The notes below the pieces were generated by a model. That model worked only from the letters and a program-made list of their open reading frames with translations. It did not search any database and had not been told where the DNA came from. From the NCBI GenBank assembly GCA_048013815.1, contig CM106586.1, positions 1,984,001 through 2,047,900 on the forward strand: a stretch of DNA of 63,900 bases, in the 5' to 3' direction. Below are positions 12,901 through 24,400 of the stretch, one piece after another. The number at the start of each line of letters is the position of its first letter. Positions within the stretch are counted from its first letter, which is position 1. The position numbers and the translations under genes are program-made. This DNA comes from Setoptus koraiensis (taxonomy: Eukaryota > Animalia > Arthropoda).

Positions 12901-14419
12901 AAGACTGGATCGAGCTTGAATGGTTTGTCGTCACCAGCAAACATCGAAACATCGGCTGATTTCGCTCAAGCGTCGTCCCTGGGCCCCTCGACAGTCGTAA
13001 CTCACCTCAATAACATTCCAAGAGAAGCATCTAATGAATTGCAGTTTGTCGACCAGACCGCTGGTCAACAAGATATGTCAGGTTTATTCCACAGGGATTC
13101 TGGATTGCCGTACAATCATTACGCGAATGCCCCGAGTAATCAATTCCTGATGTCTTCTCAAATGATTGAGTCTGATGGTAACTATTTGCCGGCTATCACT
13201 CCGTCCTCACAGACTACTCCAGTTGAGGGGCCATCAATTTATTATAGTAATGATAGGAATGGCCCTGAACCGAGTGCAGCGATGAGCAGCTCTGTCAGTT
13301 CAGACGTCAATCTTTCACCATTATCCTCCCAGCTGGATGTTGCTTCATCTACTTCCGGCAGCACAGGACCCACAGTGGTTAGTGCACCATTGAGTTCAGG
13401 CCCTCTCGAGCGCTTTGATATTCCAAATTTGAATAGTCTATCCACTGTCGAACAAATGTCAATAGATAGGTACTCAAATTCAATGGGGAGTTTGGCTTCG
13501 ATGCGTGATGAAGAAGACCTCTCTATTTCCAACAACTACGCCCTTAGTGGCTCTATGTTGCCATACCGAGAGACTTCGAGCGATGCACAAGCATCCTTTG
13601 ATACTTCGGTTCAAATTCCATCCGATATAGATCACAGATCTGACTCTAACAACAATGCACTGGCTTCGAGTGATCAATTTATGAAACATATTCTAACGAC
13701 TAATGAAGTGAATGAAGAAGATAATTTTATTAGTAATCAGGCCAGTTCTGCAATAAACAATGATCGGGTGTCATTAGAAGAGCTCTCATCTCAGTCTATA
13801 AAGCAACAAGCACCAACACTAGCTTCTGTCACTAACACTAACCCCATGTTTCAATTAATGTCGCCTTTGAGCGACAATAACGATAGAGAAAAGATTACTC
13901 TTAACATTAACAATGACAACAACAACAATTATAACTTAGATAATTATGTTGTGCAAGAAACTAAAAATCACTACTACACACCTGCTATATCAACGGTTGT
14001 AAATGGCATTACAAATGATAATGCCCTTACAACTGCAACCACCACTACTGCAACTACCATAACTACCAAACAACAACCTCACCTAAAAAACCAAAAACTA
14101 CAACAACAACAACGACAAATGCTTCGTGATAAAACCCAAATCGATACCATACATCAATCATCATTAAACCAAAACCGACTACCAACCATGACGTCCGACG
14201 GCACATCCCTCATTCATGATGATCGCCTCTCACTATCGTCGGCACGACCTAATCTCGCCTTGCCATTGAGTCCTATTGAATTGACTTTGTTACAAACATT
14301 GTCGCTTAATAACAACAATGCCGTTCAAAATTCAATGCTACCCACCATTGACAACAACAACAACAACAACTACCGTTACTTTGATCAACAACAACAATCC
14401 GACTTACGCTCCGACACCG

Positions 14420-14468
<49 letters not shown>

Positions 14469-14852
14469 CTACAACTACAACTACAACTACAACTACAATA
14501 TCGCCACCGACCAACAATCGTTGCTATCGAACAACTACAACTATCAAACTTCCCTCTCCCCATCACTCGCTGCTACCCAAAATACTCTCGACACCCCAAA
14601 CATCCTCAACACTGAATCCTCTCCGTTTTCCGTCGCTAATCCCGCGATAAATAATCCCATAAATGAACTCTACTCGCAATCCGCTCTTTCCGACGCCCAT
14701 TCCGCTCTATACTCAACTCCCGAAAATCCTCTGAACATCCCCGACGATCCCGATCCCTTGTACTCTGCAATCGGCAATGAACGGCAATATCGCATAACGC
14801 AACGTGATCAACAAATGCTCGACGCAACGACTCAACTACAACTACAACAACT

Positions 14853-14883
<31 letters not shown>

Positions 14884-17800
14884 CCACTACTACTACTACC
14901 AACGCCGCTATCTAAACTGACTTCAACTTTGACGACTGCAACTGCGACGACACCGACATCACTTCCGACTTCTGCTGCATCCACCTCATCGCAACAACGT
15001 CAAACATCATCATCTATTGACAACCAATTTACACAACAACAATACCAACCAAACTATTTGACGACAACAACAAACGACGCTCTCGTTGCTGACGACTTCA
15101 CAACGGCAAACGGCGCTCAATTTATGCCACAACAACAACAACAACAATCATTTGATCGACTGCTTTACCCAATCAACAATGACTTGTCAACCGCCGCCTC
15201 AACCTCATCGTTGTCATCAATTGACAATCAACAATTATTTGAAACTATTGAAACAGGCTTGAAGAACAGACTCGCCGGTGGCGCTAGTTCGGCCGCCGCC
15301 TCATCTGCAGCTGGCGGCGGTGCGGCCTCATCAGCGGCTAGTTCCAGCTCGTCAGCGGGCGGTTCCGGTTTGGGAGCCGGTCCGCTTGGAGCGGGACTGG
15401 GACTGCTGGGCTCGTTGTCAAGCCCGTTCACTGGCGCACAACAATTGGGAGCGGCTGTTGGTTCGGCAAACGGTGCCACTAACCTGGGCTCGAAACTAAC
15501 AGGCTCAAACATAGGCAATGCTGTCGCTAGTACCTCGGGTGCCTTGACGGGTTCCGTGGGCAATGCGCTCAGTTCGGTGGGCGGAAATCTGGGCACTTTA
15601 ACCGATTTGTTCGTGAGCACTCCGTTGAGCGTCATCAATTCGGTGCCGGGCGCCGTGGCAGACTTTGGCCGTCTTATATCTCGACCGGTGGCCAGTGCCA
15701 TCGGAACGGCCTCGTCCGCGCTCACCAGTGGCACGCCCTCGTACGCGTCGCAACTATCTCACAGCGAATTGTCACAAGGTGCCCTGGCCAATGTCGCAAG
15801 TAGAAGCCTAGTCGAGCCTATAACCACTCTGGGCGGACTACAAACCGGCGGCTCGGGTGCCGCTTCGTCGGCATCGTCGGCCTCGTCCTCTTCGGCGGGC
15901 GGAGGCGCGGCGTCATCATCGGCGGCCTCGGCGTCATCAGGATCCTCGGGCGGCGGCGGCGGCCTGGGCATCATTGGCGGCCTGACCGGCCTGGGTGGTG
16001 TTGGCGGACTATTGACGGGCGGAGCGGGAATTGGCGGTGGCCAGACCAAACAGACCAGTACCACTACAACATCAACAAACAACGGGCTACTGGGTGGCTC
16101 TCAGCAAACAACTAGAACAACCACACAACAATCGTCTGACAACGGCGGCGGATTGGGTATAATGGGCGGCTACGGCGGCGTAGGAGGAGGCTCGTCGTCC
16201 GCCTCATCGGCCACATCGTCATCATCTGGATCATCGGGTAGTCCGCTTTTGGGCGCCGGAGTGGGTGGCGGCTCGTCATCATCAGCGGCATCGTCGTCAG
16301 CAGCGTCAGGCAACAGTGGCGGTATAGGACTTGGTCTGGGCTTGGGCGGATACAGACCAGGCTTCGGGCCGGGACCCGTGATCTACGGGGGCGGCCTCAG
16401 GGGTGGCGCCTCATCGTCTTCGGCAGCAGCGTCATCATCGTCAGCAAGCGGCGGCTCGGGTGTACTGGGCGGCTTAGGCGGCGGTTCATCAGCTAGTTCG
16501 GCGGCATCGTCGTCTTCGAGCGGCGGCATTGGCGGTGTCGGCCTTGGGGGCAGATATTTAGGCGGTGGCTACGGAATGGGCGTGGGATCAGTATTAAATG
16601 AGGGGAGTGCAGTCGGGCAGCTAGCAATGATGGACGGTAGAGCCGCAATGTATAATAATCTTGGTCGTCGTCACTACTATCTAGATGCAACAGGCGGATA
16701 CGGAGGATTGGCACAACAACAATCGGCGGCGGCCTCGTCGTCGTCGGCGTCGTCGGCGTCGTCAGCTGCGGGCGGCGGCCTAGGCCTGGGCGGGGGCGCC
16801 AGCTCGGCAGCCTCAACAACATCCACTTCTACAACATCAGTGGGCGGTGGCGGACTCGTAGCGGGCCGCCCGATAGGCTACCCGTTGGTGGGCGGCGGCG
16901 GCTTAACGAGCGGTCTGGCCAGTGGTCTGGCGGGAGCGGGCGCTCTCACCGGTTCGCTTATAAACTCTGCTGGCGCTGCGGCCTCAACGGCCGCGGCCGC
17001 ATCAACGGCAACGGCGAGTAACGTGGCGACCGGCGGTCTCGTGGGTGCAGGCGGTGTGATGAACAACGTCGGACTAATGGCTTCCGGTGCGGCTGGTGCA
17101 TTGAGTGGTGGATTGGGATTGAATGGAGCGGCTGGTTTATATGGTGGTGGTTTAGGAGGATACGGACCAGGAATGGGCGGATACGGACCGGGAGCAATGG
17201 GACTGGCGGCGGGTTCGGCGCTTGGCGCGCGCGGATACGGGCCTTTTGCTGGGGTTGGTTCAATGATTAATCCTCTTAAATCTGATCTAAATGAACAATA
17301 TTTGTCACGAGAGGCACAGTTAGCGGGCAATTATGCCAGTCAGGCAAACATTAAAGCTAGCATCAATAACAACAGAGCGGCCATAACGGGTTATGTCGGT
17401 GACAATTTGCGCGCCCACGTGTCCGATGTCAAGGCGGCCGAGGCAAATGCCCTGGCGGACGTGGCACAATCGAACGCTCTGGTAGAGCAAACAGCAAACA
17501 CGTTCAAGCAAGTGGGTCAATTAGCCGGCCAGGCAACAATAGCGGGCGCGGCGGCGGGTCTGGCGGGCGACGTGAGTCGCATTGGCGCGGCAACAGGCAG
17601 CGGACCGGCAACCATACCCGCAACATTGTCCGCAATGGGTCCCGGTATGATAGCGGGCGACGCGCTTGCAAACAATGCTCAAGATTACGCAATAGCTGGC
17701 AAAGAAATGGAACGTAGCACCGCCAACAATGTGGCCAATGCCGCCCTGGCCGGAAACGCCTACAGGGCGGCCAAGCTTGCGTCGGCCCGGGACAGTGTCA

Positions 17801-19080
17801 ATGTTGCGGGTACCATAAACAATGCGGCCACTATTAGCGACGCGGCTATTGCAACTCACAATGCGGCCAGCAAGGCAGAGGACGCTCTATTGGGCAGCGA
17901 GGTGGCCATGGACACTGCGGGCACTGTCTTTGATTCGGATGGCGCCTTCATACCCGACACCAAATACTCGCTGTTGCGTTCATTGCCCTACGGCAAGCTC
18001 ACCATGAGAAACATCTTGCCGCGCCCCTTGTCCGTGCCCAGTGCCCTGTTGCCCGACACATGGCTGAATGGTCGGCCCATAAACTATGGTCTGTCGCCCA
18101 TAAACAACTACGGCGGCTTGTACGGTTTCGGCAATCAATTCACAGCCGGCAGCGGTCTCAATCCCGGAGCGCCTCTTCCGCCCGGCCCGTGGTCTCCCGA
18201 GCTGCTGGGCTATCCGGCGGTGGGCGCCTTCTGGGGCGCAAATCCAATTTTGGGCGCACCCGGATTGGGCAGCGGACTGGGCACAAGTTTGGGCGCGGGT
18301 TTGGGAGCCGGTTTGCCGTTTTATGGTGCCGGTCCCGAGTCGACACTATTGGGGGCGGCACAATTGGCCTCATTTCCATTGGCCGCGGCACAACAATTGG
18401 CCTCTAGCGACCTGCAGGCACTGGGCTCTGTGTCGGCCAGCTTGGGCGGCCTAGTTCACCAGGGCGGAAATGGCATGCTATTGACGAGCACAACAACAGG
18501 CTCATCGATTATACCCGCCAGCGATACCGCCACCACATACCCGATTGGCTCAGCTTTAGTTATTGAACCCCGTGATTCATATTTTCAAGATTATCTAGAC
18601 GAGGCTACATCTCGTAAAAATTATAATGATGACGGCGACAATAATTCAATGAGAAACATAAATGCAGCTCGCCTAGGTAGCTCTCTGCCGGCGCCTTATT
18701 ATTATTCGCCACCACCATCCTATCCAATTATTAATCCAACACCATTCATTCAATCACCACTCATCCAACCAATAGCGTCGTTAGGTTCTGCTGCCACATC
18801 ATCAACAGCTGAATCGGCTAGCAGCGCCTCTAGTAGCGCAAGTAGCAGCTCAACAACATCCACTACCGCATCAACAAGCTCCAATGCCGGCGCTGGACTC
18901 TTAGGTGGTGTGTCGCCTTTCGGCGCAATGGGCCCCGCTATAGGTGGCGCTGGTGCTAGCACCACAAGCACAACCACCACTACGTCTAGTTCGGCCGGTG
19001 GAGCAGGTGGCGCTGGTGGAGCAAGTTCAGCGGCTAGTTCAGCTAGTTCGGCCAGTTCAGCCGGTTCAAGCATGGTCTAG
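5134..19080 (+). CDS. Main/C-terminal part of the giant protein: Tyr/Pro repeat region, Asn/Gln/Thr linker, Gly/Ala/Ser fibroin-like region and Ala-rich/Pro-Gly C-terminal region
   Basis: A 4,643-aa stop-free ORF (ATG 5149). The frame opens at 5134 with YPEYP-MFHAYG, the same motif seen in the upstream ORF, and it shares near-identical nucleotide blocks with that ORF. AATAAA follows at 19274. Confidence 0.85.
6472..11522 (+). repeat. Intragenic duplication: 6472..6851 repeated at 11143..11522
   Basis: Collinear, near-identical 380-bp blocks at a constant offset of 4671. Confidence 0.9.
14422..14499 (+). repeat. Coding microsatellite (AAC)16 followed by (TACAAC)5, giving N16-(YN)5
   Basis: Read directly from the sequence. 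Confidence 0.95.
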
Positions 19081-19273
19081 ATTAGGTTGCTGTCACACTA
19101 ATCACACTAATTATCATCATCGTTATAAACACTTGCAATTAGCATCATAACCGGTAAGTAACTGACCGCTCGCTTTTGTAGCTGCATGATTTGCGCCAAT
19201 TTTATACATTCAATATATCATCTGTGACACTTTGCTTTGTAACAAAAATGATACGCGTCGCTATAACTGTAAC

Positions 19274-19279
19274 AATAAA
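19274..19279 (+). terminator. Candidate polyadenylation signal of the giant ORF
   Basis: AATAAA 194 nt after the TAG at 19080, within an AT-rich 3' region. Confidence 0.5.
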
Positions 19280-20842
19280 ATAAAAATAATCACCTTCCTC
19301 TCTACTTGCGCCGCAACATCTCAAGTGGTTGACGTTTGCTTGACAGCTACACAGGACACACACTAACTTGGTATGGCGATGCTCTCAATTCGTGATACAC
19401 TTCGTACACTTACACATAATACTATCATAATCTCGCCCTCTTATGACGCCCACCCCGTTGCTTAGGTGCGATTTTTTCCAACTGCGACACTTCTCAACAA
19501 TGGACACCAAAACAGGAACAAACAAACATCAAAACAAATTCACTTGCTCGTGGTGCGACAACAATGCCGCTAGCAATGATAATATGGCAACGCGACAAGC
19601 TCGTTTGTCCCTGTTGACATGTCAATTTTCAAATAACCATCAAAACTGGAAATGATTTTGAATAAACAAAAACAAAACAGAAAAAATAATAAAAAGTGAA
19701 ATCACTCCCAGTGACATTATGACCCACTAGTGACTTGATTCGCAAGTATGGAGAAGTTAGATGAAAACAAACGATAGATAGAAGAACTGAGATCAACCAA
19801 CAACAGGCTAACAGATTTAGAGAGAAAGAGAGATAGAGGGAGATAATTGATTTATTTGTGTAAAAAAAAAGATGGATTTATACTACAGTTGTTAAGCTAC
19901 CACCAACAACACCATAAATGACCACTACCAACAATAGTGCCACTATACAAATACCGCCGCTAACTAGAGTGGGCCTCAATACGCTTCCGAACTCATATTC
20001 GTGTTCATTAGCGCCTTATTTATAATGCTTCAAAATAGATCTTCTTAATATTGGCCATTTTCATAAAAACCTTGTTTCTTTAAACAAACACTCTTTCGTG
20101 TGAAATCGAATCTCGACATTTTCTGTACGCATCCATTGGCTGTTGTCTGATACTTCGATTTTTGCTTGAATGTTTTCTATTGATAAATATTTTATAATTG
20201 CGAGAAAAAATTTTCAATCATTTCAATCAAGATGATGATTCAAAAGACTGTGACACCATTCAAGCTAATTATTAATCGACTTTATCTAGACTCTTACAAA
20301 TAATCTTTCTGTCACTCTGCTTGGCATCAAAACCATTTTTCTATAAAACCAAGCTATAACAAGAGCTACAGCTTTCGGTTTTACGGCTAGTTTCAATACT
20401 TCTCACATTGGGCTCAGATTTGGAGTTGTTGTAAGTTGTGCTCCTCATCCGATAGTTGGTTAGCGGATGAAGCACATGCGCTTATTTACGCATTTTCTAA
20501 ACTTTTCATGTTAAGTTCTATCTGGGTGAGGTACGCAGTCGCAGAATATGTAAACTTACTGTTTCAAGACCGCAAATCGTAGATGTGATTGTATGAACAG
20601 TTTGAGACAATTTTGATTGGATCAGACTTAATCCAAATGTTATACTATTTTCCATTACAAACAATGCAGATGAATGAGCTAATTTCCATCAGCCAATGTA
20701 GAGTGTAGTAAACACAGTAGACTGGAGAAAATATCAATACTATTGAAAGTTAAGACTGTTGAAAGCGGCCATTTCATTTTGGTCTTTGTGTAACGTGAGA
20801 TCTAATGCAATTGTTCGAAACTAAAATAAAATTTAAGATAAA

Positions 20843-21400
20843 ATGCCTGCAAAATGCACTGATGGGCGCAAATCTTCGCCCAATCGTAACGAAGTTAGCG
20901 TTTCGGCAACTAGCAAAGTTCATTTCAAAGGATCACCATATAACACCGCAGTTGAATTGACGCAAAACAATCACTTAGATAAAAACAACACCAACATAGA
21001 CAACGGTACAGATTTTAGCGACAATGTCACTATGAAGCAACAAGTGACAATAAATGGTCTCTGGTCTAAGCGAGAGCTTGACCAGTCATACAATATCGAG
21101 ACATTCGATTTAGATGCAAATAGGCGAGATACAACTAATTATAATAGCAGGGCCCTAGCTCATCAGCAGACTGTTTGCAATTGGTCGCGGCCTGTGTTCA
21201 CCATTTATCAACGAGCTATTCTAGAAAGAAAGTTTTCGTTTCAAAAATATGTAACAAAGCAAGAGAGACAAGAGCTGGGCTTCATGTTGAATCTAAAGGA
21301 AACTCAAGTGAAAATATGGTTCCAAAACAGACGAATGAAATGGAGACGATGCACCACAGCTTCGATACAAAATAAAACTGCAGCATCACGGAACATCTAA
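20843..21400 (+). CDS. Hlx: Homeobox protein, Hlx/H2.0-like (ANTP/NKL class), single exon
   Basis: Homeodomain at ~21176-21352: [55 protein letters not shown]. The WSR.VF and QKYVTK signatures match HLX/H2.0, with Dbx as the next closest family. AATAAA at 21624. Confidence 0.8.
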   Translation: MPAKCTDGRKSSPNRNEVSVSATSKVHFKGSPYNTAVELTQNNHLDKNNTNIDNGTDFSDNVTMKQQVTINGLWSKRELDQSYNIETFDLDANRRDTTNYNSRALAHQQTVCNWSRPVFTIYQRAILERKFSFQKYVTKQERQELGFMLNLKETQVKIWFQNRRMKWRRCTTASIQNKTAASRNI

Positions 21401-24400
21401 ATGTATCACGAGATAATGGCGACAATGGGAGGAAAATGTGGCCTACAGTAGAGTTACTGTGTTTCATATTATGATTATAGTTACAGAACATGATTAATTA
21501 TCATTGATACGCTGTTGGTTTGTTCATGTATCGACTTGCGTATGTATACTTTAGTCGACATCATTTTGGCATCCACTTCTGCTGGTACCAACAATTTACG
21601 GACAGCTTGACATGCGAACAAATAATAAAATGTCACATATTGTGTGACGATAATACAAATTTATCCAACCCATAGAGGTTACGCACCAAGTTCAATCGCA
21701 TCTATTAGTCACATTAATTTAGAATCACTATGACTCCAATTGCTGATGGTCAGCATATACTATAGCTATGGAAATTGTTTATTGTAGTAAACTTTGTCTC
21801 TTTGTTTGGTGTCATTGTGTCAACTAGAAGCTCGAACTATTATTAATAGAAGCGTTGAAGGAAACTGGATTAGAACAATTAAAACATGCATAACACACGC
21901 TATCGGTAAATTATCAATTATGTTATCGCACCATTCTCAACTGTGAGTCAGTTGTGAGGCTCGAATTCATTTGTTTTTCTGTGGTAACAATAACAATGAG
22001 ATCTAATGACTGAAATAACGCGCTCGTTTATTGAGCATCCCAAGAAAATTCTTGAATCGAGATTATTTATTTTGGCACAATGGTCTTGTTCAACCTATTG
22101 GACGTTAACTTCTTATCGAGTCTTTTTTCTTCTGATATTTTAATTTTATTTCACAGGAGATCTCAATTGTTATCATAAGCTCCATTTTGAATTACAAACC
22201 TGACTCCCTTTTGTTTTGGAAATAATCTCACTTGATTCTCTCGTGGTCGCCCTGCCGGGATATTCCTCAATGTTTATCTAACATCATTTGTCCCGAAGTC
22301 GAGCCTGATGTGTTATTTCATTTGACATTTTGATCAATTTTTGTGTAAAAACTGTCGCAACATTCAACAGAGATTGCACCAACAGCAGCACCAGCAGCAC
22401 CTACGTCATCCGCACCACCATCATCATCGGAGAATTGAGAATGCAAAGTATAAACTGAGTAACCCGTTCTTCTGTATTTCATGTCACATCCCTGGGTGTC
22501 CTTGCGAATAGTTTGACAATGTGGCTCCGATATGGTTTCTTCTTTATGGACTGGACCATAATCACAATGAGTGCAGTAGGACTAGTCCGCCAACCGAAGA
22601 CTAATCAATGAAAGGATCTCACCAATTTGGTCTCAGAAAAAAGGTTCAATCAAACATATTAGATCGATCAAAAGTACAAACCATCCAGCATATTATTACT
22701 ATTTATGAATATTTTAGATTATTGTTATTAGGATTTTTAATTGAATAGGAACTTCACGCCTAGGCATAAAAAAACCAAATTGTGTTATCTTTTAAATTGT
22801 TACATCCGACCAAAAGATAAATCAACTAGAGACGAGGTGGATTACTATTTTATTGGTGGTATAGTACCATAGTCACCCCTTTCGTTGATGTTACAAAGCT
22901 CAAATTACATTCGTTTGGAAAGAATCAAATTTGAGAGTATGTTACAGATTGCTAACTCTCTAGTCCGCCAATGAAGGGAATTAACCGAAATAGTAATCGG
23001 AATAACTCTCAATAGATGTTGGCAACAACGACAACAACTTTTACTAGCCGTGTTTAGTCACGTAGCATTTGTACTATTTGTACAACACAGATATTCCTAT
23101 ACAACTAGTCAGAATGCTGGACAAGGTTTGTTTGTTCTTTCGTCACAAGGGTTTCATCGCAACATTGAAAGCTATGACTGAATTTTAAAGGAAAAAAAAA
23201 TATTAAATTAATTACCAATATGGATTACTTTCTTTGTCGTCAGGTTGTAATTGAGATCGTTGACTGTAATTCTAATTGTAGTTTTAATTGTTTTGTTACA
23301 TGAATGAGTCGGGAATCCTTCAGCAGGTGACCACTATTGTTAAATTGTGTAAGCATGCTGGTGGCATTAAAATGATAAAAATCTCATTTAACGCGTAATG
23401 TTTGCTGTATCCGAGTTCCAAGGCATCGCGACCAGTTGCCAAGATGATAAACAGTTAGAAGATATGAGAAGTATCCACTTTTGTTCTTTCTACTTTTCTC
23501 TCTTCTACGCTTGTGAACGTTGCTATTATTATTGCTCATCACAGGACCATAGAGGTTAATTACTTTCTCACTAGCTGTTGTTTTGTTTATTATACTAATT
23601 ATGTTTGCGGCGTTTGACCATTAGAGAACCGGTCGGTGTACTTGTTGTGTGCGACTAGCAACAATTACGAATGCCTCGCCCAAAGTTGTTGCCTGTTTCC
23701 TAATGGCCAATGAGAATAATAATCCTTTACTTGTCTGGTGTTGTTGTTTTCGTTATTGAGCCTCAGTAGAATTATATTTGGATAGATAAGATCGAACGTG
23801 CGCATTATTGGTGAAACTTTCATAAACTTTCCATCCATAAATTATCACTCTCAACTAATTAAGCTCAGCCGATCTTTTTATTCATATCGGCGATGATATA
23901 ATGTTGCTTTGACCGAGCCGTTGTTGTTTATCACGATCACACACCCGATATAGTGTGTAGCAGTCACATAAGAACGATATTACATGATTACCGTTATGAT
24001 ACCCGCAGTATTTCAAAACAACAACAGCAACAAGTTAACAGGCAGTACACACAAATTATGTTGCTCTGCCTGATATTGTCGTCCCCGTTATGAGCATTAA
24101 TGACGGCCTAGTTGCTTTGAATTGTTGCTGTCATTCCTAAGGGATACATCATATGAGGGATGTTATCTAGTTATATATGTGAGGTTCAGCTGGTGGAAAT
24201 TGGAAGATGTGTTTGCAAAAAGACATCTAGCTAAAACAATAATCGATATTTGTAAACGAAGCTCTTTTCAGCCTACGTGAATCTTATCTTGCTATCGTGA
24301 ATGTTATCTTGCAGAGCGAGCGAGAAAGAGCAGAGAGAAAGAGAGATGGCGGTCAGCAAAGGAAACGAATCACAGAGTGGCAAAAAAGAACATGTTCTTT

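Noticed and set aside
184-19150. Dozens of short ORFs on the opposite strand and in alternative frames within the giant CDS
   Set aside because: They are shadows of Ser/Ala/Gly-biased codons and recur wherever the duplicated blocks recur; there is no independent evidence for them.
22746-22756. TAGGAACTTCA, identical to the first 11 nt of miR-276
   Set aside because: The rest of the mature sequence does not match and no complementary arm forms a precursor hairpin.
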